A stretch of 64,000 nt of DNA from Epiperipatus broadwayi (taxonomy: Eukaryota > Animalia > Onychophora), in assembly GCA_028023455.1 (NCBI GenBank), contig JAQFVV010000007.1, forward strand, positions 12,896,001-12,960,000, in the 5' to 3' direction. Shown one piece after another: positions 39,247 to 53,779 of this stretch; within the stretch, counting starts at the first letter, position 1; the number at the start of each line of letters is the position of its first letter. A program made the translations under genes and the position numbers. Below the pieces are notes generated by a model, which had not been told where the DNA came from, made no database searches, and saw only the letters and a list, made by a program, of their open reading frames with translations.

Positions 39247-40761
39247 AACCAAAGGAGCGAGTGAGAGATAGACATATCTAACATCTAACAGGGTGCCAAA
39301 TTTTAACTTTAACAGAACAGCTGCTGTACCAATTCGATGGAGTTATAGATTTACAAATAATGGATTTATAAGGGAAGCAATTTATTAGCTTCTAAAATAA
39401 TTTTAACTTGCAAAATATCTAAATTTAATTCTCGTCTTAACGTAAATGGTTTCTTAAATCAAGCCAGCCAAATTGTAACTCACAAAAGTGAATGGACTGA
39501 CTTGGCTATCATGCACTTGTAAATAACAGTCACATGAATCAAAGGCAACTTTTATTATACCTCACATAGAGTAAATAAAATACCAATCTCCTATTGCTTA
39601 TGCTTAAGGTTCTACAATTACTTTGGTAACTGATGTCATGAACACTGAGAATTATACTAACAATAAACATTATAAAAGATTACCAATAAGCTAAGAGAGG
39701 AGGAGAAACCTTGACTCACACTCATAACACTTTAATGATCTCAGTATTCCCCAAATAATCATCAACACCATAGTCAGAATTAATTTATTCCAATAATAAT
39801 ATCCATACAGTCTCTTCTTCCACCAAACTTTACTATCTTTAATGTTTCCACATTGTTGTATTTTCATGATCAGATATGCACGGAATAAAGTCTTATTAAT
39901 TTAATTAATTCATAATACCACATTAATTCTATAACAATCAATTCATGAGCTCATTTCAAAATTGGATAATAATAGTCTCAGGGTTTGAATCAGGAATGTA
40001 AAAAATTTTAGTGGAGATTTATGAATTTATTGTTGACCAATAAATGTTATCCCTGCAACATAACTTAAGTAGACATATGCTTGATCTCTGAGCTACGATC
40101 TACTTTTCATCAAGCAATAATAATAATAATAATAAAATCTTATAAATTACTAAATACCTTAACTAAAATAAAATATTCTACTAACTTAAAAATTTGAACT
40201 AAATTACTATCCTCTGGGAGTGCATACAAATACCCGCAGTGGGAAAAGGGACTTTATGTCCACTTAAGATATTAGTCACAACACAATAAATTTATGAAAA
40301 TGAAAATAATAATTAATCTAAAAGTAAATCTTCTTCCAGATGTTTGCAGTGTAATCATAATAATTTGTAATGCAAGTTATGAATGTTTCTTAAAGCAAAT
40401 TTCGGATTTCAGTAAGAAATATCAATTTAATAATCAAACTTTTTCAATGTGTCTATACCGGAATAAAACATTAAAACATTTATGTAAAATTTTCATATGA
40501 CTAAGATTTCTGGATTTCATGGGTATCAAAACATTTAGACACAACACCAAGATTTAATTAACACATAACATTTATTAACAACTCAGGTTATAAACTATAA
40601 AGTTTTAATTTACATAGCATCTTTGCAATCCGATTAATAAAACAAAATATTTACAGCAGATTTACAATCGCAACGGATAATATGATCCCTCTTTTGTGAT
40701 TACTAAGACATTTCTACATGCCATGCCTCCATAATTATTGATTTACATGGCCTTAACTAAA

Positions 40762-40849
<88 letters not shown>

Positions 40850-43800
40850 AACCAGTAATACTTTTGCTGTTTAGAAACATTTCCCTGGGAGGCAAGTCTA
40901 TAACTATTTAACACAACAGCCCTTAAATTTAGCAAATTAAAAATAACTTTTAATTAATTCTATTTCTCAATATATATATATATATATATGCATTTTGATG
41001 CTACTGACTTTACAAACCAATTATCATAAAATGTTTTATTAATTTGTAGCAGTCACATCGATCTAATTAACCACTCAGGTTTAAACTGACAACTTTTAGT
41101 TACTTCATTAAACAGTAGTTTGTCTGTTCGTTTGACACCTTTGCTTTCAAGCTTTAAACTGACTAATTATTCTAAAGGTTACACACGCGCACTTACACAT
41201 ACTTAATTGCTTTCTATGTCTCAACATAAGTAATACATCAGTAATCTTACCATTCCAGTGGTGACTTACTTTCACTAAGAGTTAGATATAATGCACACTG
41301 CTTATTTAGGCTTTCAACCATAACCTTAAATTTTGAATGATTATCAGTCTTATAAAAGTAGGTGAGCAAAGCTCATACAGGCATTATATATCAATCCTCA
41401 ATTCACACTTAAATTAAAAGTGCCCTGAAGTAGATAATACACTTCAATAGGAATTACATAATGTCCATCTATTAAATTAACAAATTCTCACACAAAATAT
41501 GACTATAAAACATATATCTCTAAGGAAAATAAAACTACAAATCACTACATATGTGATGGCAACCTGATGGCAACCCAGGAACTACTACTCTGAGGGCTAT
41601 AAGATATGTTAGGACTCAGTTTCTATACATATAAATATGGGCATGCATCAATCATTATGACTATAACCCAGAATATATCTCTTACAGGGTGTATTGCCAA
41701 TGGAGCTGGGGATGCACATTTGATCTCCTATTACATTATTAAAAGTCTTAACACTTATAATCATGAGAGAGCTATGCTCAACCCTTAAGGCAGTGTTAAA
41801 TTAGCATATCTTGTACAAACATGGTCATTCACAAACATCACTTATTTTTGAGAGAACATGGTTTGAACTCTCACTAAATATTATATTAATGTATAAAACC
41901 AACAGTCAAAGATGACTAGAATAAAATAAAAATTATCAAAGCCTTAAATAATTATGAAATAAAAAGTGTGCATCACTTTTCAACATATAACAATTATATT
42001 TAAATCTCTCATCATCCAGGACATAGTAATATCAAAATCATAAGACTATATAAGCAATAAAATAAGCATAAATAATATCAATATTTACTTGTAAGCATAA
42101 ATTATTTTTTTTTGTACAACCATGAACCTCTCATATAAACATCTTAAACTTTCACACAGACCAGTTATTCATATTACTGTAGCATTGAAATTAACACAAT
42201 GAAGAAGGCGTATTTTACCCTGCTATGAACTAAATGTGGTACCAGGTATCACTAAAATAAAATAAGCATTTACTGCATATAATAAATCAATGAATAATAA
42301 AATAACAGGTGTCTTTAAATCAGTCCATCACTTACGATCTTCCATTCACTGCAATAATTTGGCATGAACATAATCCTCTTGGCAATCACTTAAAGTTCAT
42401 CCACACATATTCTAACACACACACACATGACAGTACCTAAATATAAAATAGCCATAATTCCTTGATCTAAGATTATCAAAAATTGCACACTTGTTTGGTA
42501 GCATTCTAAATTTAGAAAGCTGATAATTTTACAAAACAGTTGCACTATTCCTTAAATATCCTTAGTAGTTTGCATATACTTTCTTGGTGAAAAATTAAAT
42601 ATAAAAAACAAAAAAAAAACAAATCACTTAATCCACCATTAATTATTAAAATTATTCATAAGTTTAATGGCACTCCAAGGAACTCAGTCATTCCCTGATA
42701 TTGGAAATTTAGCAATTTCACTTTAGATATTCAGCTCAGCAGTTATTACTATAATAATTTTTTTTATAATTTCGTTTATGATTTTCACTTATTCAGTTTC
42801 TTTTCTTTATTAAATAAGTTATTCGGGCATATTTCAAAATTTCTCTCATGCAAGAAACAGTTTTTCTTTCATGATAGAAACTGTAACTGTGGAAACATGG
42901 TCCACACTCTGAAATATTTTAACAAAAGTAAAAAATTCTAGCTAATGTTCGAATTTAAATCTTTTCCTGAGCTTTTTTAAATAAAGCAGTTTAAATATTT
43001 TGCATAACAAAATAATTCTAACAAAATAAATATTGAAAAAAGAAAATACCTGCAGTACCTTCAGGTTAACAAGCTAGGAGAGTCTGTTATAGATCCACCA
43101 TTCATTGACCCATTGCACAGGAATTTGCCATTCTTGGAATTCAATTCATGATTGTTTCAGGGAGAAAATGCATACCTGATTTTGAGATTTAAATTGACAT
43201 GCTTATAAAACTTAATATAATTTTATTTTCACTGCCAGTTTGAATAAAATATCAAGTCATAAGCTGGAAGCAAATCGAAAAATACAAAACCCACAGGAAC
43301 AAAATAATAACAGAAAAACAGAACCCAGAAGAGAACACAGAACCAACCTCCCAATAGGTGTGTGGCCCTTTTATAATCTTCGGTTGTCACTTATTTTCAA
43401 ATCCATCTCCTTGACCATTCATCCTCGGTATTGTAAAAATCATATTTGTACATTTGCACAACAAAATCCAGCATTTTAGTAGATTATACCAAGGCTGATC
43501 GAAGTGAGGTTGTTGAGACTCTGAATCCAATCTCACCTCAGCTATTTTACCAAGACTCAAAGATTTACTACCTTACGGATGACATATATGAGGCTACACC
43601 AGTATTTTTTTAATTAGTGTGCCGGCAGTAGCACATCAATGAAACATGAGACTATGATGTAAATTGGCATAATTAAAGTATAGCTATATAAGTGTGGCTC
43701 AACTAACAGACATCATTAATTTAGACTGTGATTCATAAATGTTCAAACAATAACTAATTACTAGTTAATAATTAACTAATGAATAATGAGCAAAATTTAG

Positions 43801-43897
43801 ACACTAAGCAGAGTTATATTTTAAACAAATTTAATAAAAGCCAAAATTTAAGTAATAAAGTAAAATAAAATAAAACAATTGAATGACACAAATTTGC

Positions 43898-44210
43898 TTC
43901 ACTCGCAGGTGATGATGGTAGAATAAGTTATAGGCTGTTTTAACTTACATATTTAGTATTGGGTCTCACTCGCAGGCGATGATGATTTATAAAGATTCAT
44001 TTTGTTTAAATTTACAGATTTAAGATTTGATCTCACTCGCAGGTGATGATGATTTATTGAGTTACATTTTGTTTAAATTTACAGATTTAAGATTTGATCT
44101 CACTTGCAGGTGATGATGATTTATAAAGTTACATTTTGTTTAACTTACAAACATTATTTTCTCTCACTCTCAGGTGATGATGATTTATAATTTACCAAGT
44201 TACATTTTTA
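43898..44210. repeat. Minisatellite, 64-67 bp unit x5
   Basis: ctcactcgcaggtgatgatga core at 43898, 43965, 44032, 44099 and 44163. Confidence 0.92.
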
Positions 44211-44922
44211 TGAGCTCTATTATTATAGCAATACAGATTTATTTCAAATTTAGCTCATGATTATCTATGCCTTATTTATGCTATGTTTTGTGGCTTAGAT
44301 TTGCTTTAGTTAATCTGCAGAAGTGATTATCATTAATTATAATTAATACTTTATTTGATCGGTACATAATCTCTATATAGATTATAAGCTTACAAAACTA
44401 GATTATGTTTCAGATCAAAGCTAAAATATAATTTATTATGGAGGGATGAACTGATGGTGGATAGTAAGACTTGAGATACTGAGGTGTATATAAAACATAC
44501 AATCTGAGTCTGTGCATCTTGAATGTGCTCTTGCTTACAGGATTTGTTACCATGTAACCGGTTTCGTTTTCTACTGAGGTCATTGCTGTGAAAGAGACCT
44601 TTTTAGTCCGGGTGATTGAACAGCTTATCCAGATATCTGGATGCTTCTTATCCAGTCTTAAACAGAGGTAATGGGATGACCCTTAAAATCAAAACCCATC
44701 ATGAAATGAGAGCTGTCCGAACTAAATAGATAGGATGGCCATTAAAACCAGAAGCCCATTCAAGAGATAATATACAGCAATAAGTAAATGCATGTATGCG
44801 CTTCCTAAAAACACACTCACCTCACTGACTTCATCATTATATAATAAAATTGAGATGCAAAACATTAGTTTCCTTCTATATTATTAAGTTATCTATATAG
44901 GCATTTATATATATATATATAT

Positions 44923-44937
44923 ATATGCTGTAGTCCT

Positions 44938-44973
<36 letters not shown>

Positions 44974-44988
44974 AGGACTACAGCATAT
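44923..44988. repeat. Perfect 66-bp palindrome with (TA)15 centre
   Basis: atatgctgtagtcctcct-(ta)15-aggaggactacagcatat. Confidence 0.95.
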
Positions 44989-46402
44989 TTTAGGATAATT
45001 ATAAGATTAAATTCTAGCTCTATGCTGCATTTAGTCACTTCAGTTAAATATTAACCATATTTTTCATTTAATGCAAATGTATTTTTAATCATTTATAATA
45101 GCTTAATTATACACCTAAACCAAGCTTTATTTTACTAATTTCAGAAGAGAGTTTTGTTTGTGCGCTAATAAACACAAAATTATCTATGTGTGAGAATCTC
45201 TAATCATTTCTCACTAGTTAACTTAAATGCGAGAAAACTCTGTTCTGAATCAACATAGCATAAACATATAAATAAATAATTGAAAACAATATTGGCATAG
45301 ACTTAACTAAAAAAAAACCATATAAAATTATAATTAAGATTTCACATAAGTGAAATCTAAGATTCGGCTTTCTTTACTTAGTGAAAAGAAATGAAATTAA
45401 GATATATTAAATATCAAATCAACTCAGGATAAATTATTTTAACTGGGCTTAAATCAGATTAAATCATACCAAATCAGTTTAAATCATAATAAATCAATTT
45501 AAATCAGGCAAGATTTATGATACCAAATAATAATATAAAATTTACATTTTAGTTTAAAAATTAATATCTGAAAGTTCACAATACATTAGTTTAAATTATA
45601 ATGACCATTTATAATAACTTTAGTTAGCTTTGATAGGTTATGAGACTTAGTTGAAATGTTCATTTTAAAATTGCAGAAGTGTTACCACTTTAAGTGCTTT
45701 TCTCAGGCATGGTTATTCACCATTGATCTTGAGCGTGCTGTTACTTGTATCTGGCATGGGTCATCCAGTTCCTGCATCCTGTAGACCATCTTCAGGAGCT
45801 GGAAAGCCAGTCCTTTTGTAGTACTTAGTCAATCATTTTCAGCATTAACAACTCTTGCATTCTCTTAAACTTAATAACAATTTAACTCCCTATAAAATTG
45901 CTGCAATAGGCCTTTATACTCTTTCCTCCCCCTCTCTTTTTACTTTAGCCACATGTGTTTTTCTTTATTAACTACCTGTAATAATGTGAAAGCTAAAACC
46001 ACATGTTTTTTTATAGTTCTTAATTGGTTCTTAATTTCGGATCTGCTTTTCTAATTACTTTACTACACTTTGACAACCCAGTGTCTCCTGCTGTTATTGA
46101 TTTTTTTACAAGCTTTGGTCAAGTTAATTTTTTCCACCTTATTTTATAATCTGTTTTTATTTTTAACTTTATAAGTAGGTCAAAATATCGTGAGATGAAT
46201 CAATTTTATTATTTCTTTATGAAAAACAAATCTGAAATTCAGCACCTTTATGAAATCTAGCAAACCTTTATTATATATATGTAACACGTAAACAGAATTT
46301 AACTACATATGCAGAAATAATATAATTTCAAATATTATATTTATAAAATTATTTAAACAAAGAAAACTTATAATGTTTAAACTTATCATACTATTTCTTC
46401 TC

Positions 46403-46433
<31 letters not shown>

Positions 46434-47474
46434 CTTGGTTACACACACATCAAGATTTACCTTTATTTAGTAGACAGTAATATATATGTGCACATATAAG
46501 TTGATGTATTATACATATACATACGCTTTCCACATTGTATGCTATAATATACATACATACATAACTATGACTATTAATTTTAAATTTAGTCTGATATATG
46601 AGGATTTGGGTATATAGGTGTGTAAATAAAAATACTACTATAACATATAGTAGGTGAAACAATAGGATAGATATATCTGACTGTTTCAGTATTAAATTTT
46701 GATTAGTTAAATACACCCAATTGTGCTATTAATTATTCACACTGCTAAATTATCATGTGGTTTACTTGAGAATTCCCCAGTTTTAAATTGTGTATATATA
46801 TATAAAACAGGATACAATTGTCGTAAACTGAAATGATTTTTTTATATATAATTTAGAATAATGGGTTTATTTTAATTTAAAATTTATGATTGAATATTAT
46901 CAGATATTTATTTGAAATTAATATGAAATTATAACCCTTTCAATTTGTTTTCAATTGACATCGTACATGAGAAGAGGAAACTTATAATGGTTCCAATAAA
47001 TAAAATATTATTTGTACCACCATGACACACTTGATCACACAGTAATAGTCTGTCTAACTAACTATGGAAATTATAGCTAGCACTAAATCTATTAAACAAT
47101 ATTAAATTTTACAATCTCTTAATTATCTACATTATTTTACTAAATAAATAATACTTGTCAATCTTAATACTCCCCCCCCCTTATTTTCAAGTACTACACT
47201 CAATCTCAACAGTTAAAATGTATTTAAATTTATTGTGTGTAAGACACTAAACTGCATATACACATTGAAACCCAACTTATACATTATTTTTTCTTCAAAT
47301 ACTTTACAACTACAATTTCTTTATGCATTTTATGTCTACCATAAACTTTCTGATCCCTCTGATTAGTTTAAACTACTGTTATTTGTGAATTTTTTAATTT
47401 ACTAGATTTCTTCTGTGAGAAATTTTTTTTCTTAATTGAAAACTGCATCTGCCACAAACTCAGCTAGGCAAAGG

Positions 47475-47587
<113 letters not shown>

Positions 47588-49869
47588 AATAAAACTAGTT
47601 GCATGTTGCTAGCTAAAATTCAAATATAAAAATCATATCTTATTAATATCACCTAACTTACAGTATTTCAGCAGTACTATGTGTGAAACAAATATAAAGT
47701 GTAAATAATTATTTCAGGATATAACTTCTCATTTCAAAAAGTCCAAATAAGATTTTTCTCTATATAGGAACATATTATTTTTACACTTAAACTTTTTTTA
47801 TATATCATATATTGATAATCTTTATATTCATTATTACAGACATAAGCTTTCAAACAATAGATATTTTAAAACTTAATATTTTAAACTTTTAAATAGGAAA
47901 ATTAGATGCTAAATAGAGTTACTAACTATAACAATAGTGTTTTTCATATTGGATGTTCAAAAAGTTAACTATTCTGTTTTAATTACAAAACTTTCTCAGA
48001 CAGGAAGTCAAGAAATTGCATTTGCATTTTCTGCCCTCTGTTTTGAAATATTGTGAAGCTTCATTTTTTACAGCTTTAAAATTTAGATATATATCGATTT
48101 AATATTTTAATTTCAAAAAAATCCAAAAGATATCAGGATAATTGAATAATCAGGTCTTCAAAGTTTCTTAATTTCCACAATGATGGATGCCTGTTATATA
48201 TTTAATGATCTCAGTCTTTGTGAGATTACTTCCAGAAAATATTATGATGGTCTAAAAACTTGATTTTTTAACAGTTTATGATTATTTTAATATCATAATT
48301 GTATAATAATTATTAGAAATCAAAATATATATTGTTACATATTTATTTTTTACAAAAATGTTTTATTTTTAAATATAAAAGAATTGTTACCATAGAGATT
48401 AAGGTCACAGGAAATACAATTGTGTGCAGAAATGGTATCACTCAACAGATGGCCATAACCTGTAAAAATTATGAAAAAATTAAAACTTTTAAAGCATAAA
48501 TTGGTAGATTTACTAAATATTAAAAAATAATTCATTCTGATTTTTAAAACAAACATCAAACAAAGAAGATTCCATTCATTTTTCAAATTAAATCTGCTCC
48601 ACCTAAAATTTGATGATGTGAAACTGTTTTGTTTTGATTAAAATCTAATTTCTAAAAGAATTTCAAGGTAATCAAATGTGATTTTTAAAATTGTATTTAA
48701 TTTCTTGAAAACAATCTTACAACTCATAGACTTACAGCCATTCACATTTTAAATCATTTCCAACATAAACAGTAGCAGTATTGCTCCATTTAAGAATTAA
48801 AGGTAGTCCTTGTTCAATGGTGGGCTGAGATATGAAACACACCATCACATTTCATGTTGTAGTTTGTGATCAAGACATGCTAGTCTCTTGAATATTTTGT
48901 GATAAATAGCTTAACTATTTCTCCACTTAAAACATGCATTGACTCAGTGAGGCTGCTTCAGAAAGCTTGGAGATGAAAACCATACTTTATCAGTGGTACA
49001 CATTGCATGCCATTCAAATCCACAACAACATATAATACTAAATGATATATCAAGTAAATAGTGAAACTATTTATATTTCTAATCATTTTATTCTGTATTG
49101 CTTTATATTTATATATTATACATTGTTTGTTTATTTAGATATTATGTATATGAATATTTCAATTACTGTCTAAGGAGGTTTTATATAACAGTTCTAAAAC
49201 TTCATTTGCTTCCAAATCCCTACTGCAAAATCAGTTATAATACAATCTTTAGATCAATATATTTTATTATCAATATGTAGTAATAATTATGATTATTAAA
49301 AGCAGAATATAATTTTCATTATTTTCATTCAGTATTTTAATTCTGTTAATTTTATTTTATGCAAATGCCCTTTTTTCCATAGTTAAAATATTATAACTTT
49401 AATTAATCTAATGAGCTAATTGTTAATTTAGAGCTATCAGTATTTTATGCTTTACCTTTCATTCGTGCCTCTAGTCATATTTGTTGATTTTATTGTCAAA
49501 ACAGTGAATGGAATCAAAGTTTTTAAAGTTGTAATTATGAAAAGAAAGATAATTGGATTTAATTGGAATTTCTCCAGTATGATATCATTCATGGCAAGCA
49601 TGCTTGTAAATGCTGTACTAAAATTATCTTAGGGAAAAAAAATGTTTTCAATGAATCATCAATATTTCATTTGTAAAAAGGTTTTATTTTTTCTCTCCCA
49701 AGTTTGAAATTTGTAAGATTTCAATTTTATGAAGAAAAAATAAAACACATACAATAATAATAGCGAATCTATTTCGTAATTTAATAAATAATAAATAGGT
49801 TTTCTCTTCTCAAATTGAATTTCTCGTAATTTAATTGCATACTCGCACACACTACTAACATTATCAATG

Positions 49870-50690
49870 TTTTTAACTACCGATAAGACATCATTATCAA
49901 CAATATGGACAGGTCTAAGAAGCAGTCAATCATCAATTTATCCATTCCACTCTCTTCATTGCCATCTTTTCTTCCCATCTCTGGTATTATCTAACAATGT
50001 CATTCTCGTCCGTTTTTTTCTTATTACTTCCAGTCACCATTCCCTCCAAAACATCTCTCGGATTTCTTTTTTTTTTTCATCAGTTCTTTTCAAAACATCT
50101 TCATTTATTAATTTATTCATTCAGCTGATTTTTTTCATTCTTTTCCATGTCCATATCCAAAAGGCTTTCATTCTGGTTCTAATTTTATTATGCAAAGCCC
50201 ACCTTTCACAACCATACATTAATACACAGCACAAATAACATTTAATTAATCTTTTCTTTAATTCTCTATTCAAAGGTCAACAAAATATTTTTTTTCTTTT
50301 AATAAATGCCTCATTTGCCGATACTGTTCGTTTTTCAACTTTATCTTCATTTCTTTCATCCTCATCTCAACCAACTACCCAAATATCTAAATCTATTTAT
50401 CTGTTGAACTGTGTTATCATTGATTTTATCATTGATTTTAATATGCAGTCTTCTCACATTTCTCCCTATTCATAAACACTTAGTCTTTTTAACATTAATC
50501 AATATTCCTTATTCCAAACATGCTTCTTACAATTTATTCAACTTTTCTTTCTCAGCTATAAGAGACATATCATCTGCAAATCTTATATATTTTATTATTT
50601 TACCTCTAACATTTGCTCCTCTACAGCATGTCTTCTAAATAAATTTTAAAAAGAACAGGAGACATACTGCATCATTAGCTAATTCCAGTT
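49870..50690 (-). mobile_element. RTE-clade LINE fragment, RT domain to 3' end, pseudogenised
   Basis: Minus strand gives GANVRGKIIKYIRFADDMSLIAE (FADD at 50569-50580), INVKKTK, PLNRELKKRLIKCY..VLMYGCERW, AFWIWTWKRMKKIS with stops and frameshifts. Confidence 0.9.
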
Positions 50691-52497
50691 TCTATATTCA
50701 CTTCATTGGTCTTCTTTTTTTTTTTGTCCAGAATACATATTCCAAATCAATCTTATCTATTTTCAAAATACTCCTTTATTTTTTAAGATGGGCACAAGTT
50801 GATTCCACCAATAATCCAAAACCATGGTGTCAGAAGGTTTTTGTGGAAATTTTCTGGAGTTCCATAACCATTTTAAACCTAACTTTACTGCAATTTGAAA
50901 TAAACATTAATTTTAAGGATGTACTTAATAATCTCACCCTACCACACATTTAAAAAAAATATAAATAAAGGTATCTTAAAAGACAGATAAACACCAAGAT
51001 GCATTTCTTGCTGAACCATCATTAATCATTGACTGATGCCTTAATCTTTCACATATATTTTTGTCATGTATCTGGCATTTTATCAGTAGTAAATCATTAC
51101 ACAGTTTCAAACTTATTTTATCCACAACATTGACGTGATCTACTAGATAAATATATTAAAGATTATCACAACTCATTCATTAAGCTAAAAATTATTTTTA
51201 TCCCAGATATAAATTTAAAATCTGAGTTAAATATTAAAGTATGTTTTTTTTTTTAATTAAACACTCACATGAGAGAAAATTTAAATTGCAGAATAGGCTT
51301 ATATTTGTATCAATGGAAGTCTTTCAATAGTAATAATACACTATTAAATGTTATGTCAAAATAATAAAATGGTTTTATTGCCTAGGATTTTATAAAAGGT
51401 TTGAGTCCCAGAAATGTTAGACTTGGAATTAAACCTTGAATCATAAAGACTTACATTAAACAATATTGGGAAATAAATCAAAACCATCATGTATATTTGC
51501 AGTACCATACTATTTATATTTCACCATGGTCATGCCACTTAATGTAAATTTAGTACATAATAAATTTACATAATCATGCCTTATAAATCCCTATCCATAT
51601 CTGTCTATATCTAATATTTCTATTCCAGTTTTTAACTTAGGGCTTTCACTAGTGAGGAATTTTGTTTCTTCTGTTAGGTAGAAACTAGTCTGAAAATATT
51701 GGATTAGGACATCACTGGATAAGGATGTATTAAACCTTAACATGTGTCATCTAATAGTTACTAAATCTTATATTTGGTGACATAGCCATTATGAAAGAAC
51801 AAAACCATGTTGCTGAAATGGGAATATGTAAAATGGAATCATGTGACAGTACCATGTGATAATTAATTATATTGTTAGGACATTAATTATATTGTTAGGA
51901 CAATATAAGTTTTTGAATTAAAAATGTTTGGATTAATAATAATCTATTTGTACTATTAATCTATTGTCACAATAAAGATTTAGATTTCAATACTTCTTAT
52001 TTCTAGACATTCTTCTCTAGAGCATCTCAACATCAATTTCTATTTTATTTATTCACTTCACATTTGATCTATCTAGTTCTTATAAAATATTTTGAAGTCT
52101 TCTTTGTCTTTTTTATTTTTTCTAGTAACAAATTCATTAGAACTTTATTTCAGTATCTAAATTCAGTAATATATTTCAAGTTATTAATAATTTTGAATAA
52201 TCAGTGAACACTAAACTATATGGTGCTTGAAATTAGTTTCAACCTCATATTGTTTTCTGTCATACTATGTTCTTATTTTTAATTCTTTCTTCAAGTTTTT
52301 TTAATATGCATACTAATCTAATATATTAAAAAGATATGAAAATACAAGATCTATCCATAATGTGTCAAACTTTTGCTTTAGCATTTGAATATAACTCACA
52401 TCAAGATCACAACTTCAACACTTCAAAATAATAAACTTGATGTTTGTCAAATAAAACTTGCAACATGTTTCCATCTTTTTAAAACAATTATCAGTTT

Positions 52498-52664
52498 GGT
52501 GCAGTGCTCTCAGATCCAAAGCTCCTCACTGATGAAAACCACAAGCTAGATACTGGATGAGTAGACACTAGTTAGGGATTTTATGCACCAATCTTTTTGC
52601 ATCCAGTGATTATTCTGGTTTGCACCCTGTGGCACAACTGTATAAAGACATTTGCCTCTGTGTA
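52498..52664 (+). repeat. Family P1 fragment (single arm)
   Basis: gatccaaagctcctcactgatgaaaaccacaagctaga...ctggtttgcac...tttgcctctgtgta matches 31640-31810. Confidence 0.8.
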
Positions 52665-53779
52665 ATTATCATTTTGCTTGATCTAATCTTCTATAAAACC
52701 TCATGATGAAGCATGTCAAGTTATAATGCCCAAATTGTAAATCTTTGCCATATAATAGATGTTTCCTATTAATTACTAGATGTTAGATATAACAAATTCG
52801 CAAAAATGAAATTAATCGTATTTCAAATATTCATAATAATAATGGAATTCTGAGTTAAGAAAACAACGATATAAATGGCAATACTTGGGAGATGTTATCA
52901 ATTTTTTATTGAAAATTATATCATATGATGTAATACTTATTTTAATTAAACTTAAATGGTAAGCTGTCACTTATTTAAGTATATTTTCATAATATCAAAT
53001 GTTTTTTTTTTTTAAAAAAAATTATATCTTCAGAATATTCTTTTTATTTTTCTAACTTTTAGAAAACTATCTTTGAATGTTTTATTTACGAAAAAATATA
53101 GATTAACATAATATATTATTAATATTATTAAAAATCAAATAAATGATGAAACTCTTGTTTATAAACATTACATTTTTAACCAAAACTATTTATGGAATAA
53201 TCGAGTCTGAAAACATTATTACAATAATCCACAAGCCACAAAGAATTACTAAGTTACATTTATATATAATGTCCACCTTATTTTATATCAATGCCAATCT
53301 GTTTATCAGATAAAAAAAGATCACTTCTATTTGAATAAGACATTGTCATTGATATGAAATAGGCGGGTATTATCGGCAAGTATATTTAAATAATTTGCTG
53401 TGGGATTGAACTTGAGACTTATTTAATAACATTTCCAAACTTGATTGATTCATGAATATATTATTATAAGTAAAAAAAAATATTGTGAGTTTGTTGAAAG
53501 TCATTACAATTTTTAATAAAGTATATATCAGTGATCAAAATACACCTGGGTCTCATATTATGCTGATTTTTTAAATGCGATTTTGAAGTTATGCGATTCT
53601 TGTTTCCTCTTAATATCTTTGTATGCATTTTTCTTTTATGTCATAAAAATTATTAGATCAGAAAACAACTCCAATAATGTGTTATTAATTTAAATATTAT
53701 ACATTTTGTGCACTCACACATCATATTTAAAATAATAGTGCATTATCAGAGTTTGACTTTCATCTAATAATTTCAATAT

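Noticed and set aside
43898-44210. CRISPR array or C/D snoRNA array
   Set aside because: Inter-core segments are homologous to each other rather than unique spacers, the context is eukaryotic with no cas genes, and there is box C-like TGATGA but no box D CTGA.
39244-46443. Possible LTR retrotransposon bounded by TGTAACCAA...TTGGTTACA
   Set aside because: No direct LTR repeats, PBS, TSD or gag/pol motifs found; a 9-bp inverted match is too weak alone.
49867-50638. 123-aa and 75-aa plus-strand ORFs
   Set aside because: Antisense shadows of the RTE fragment.
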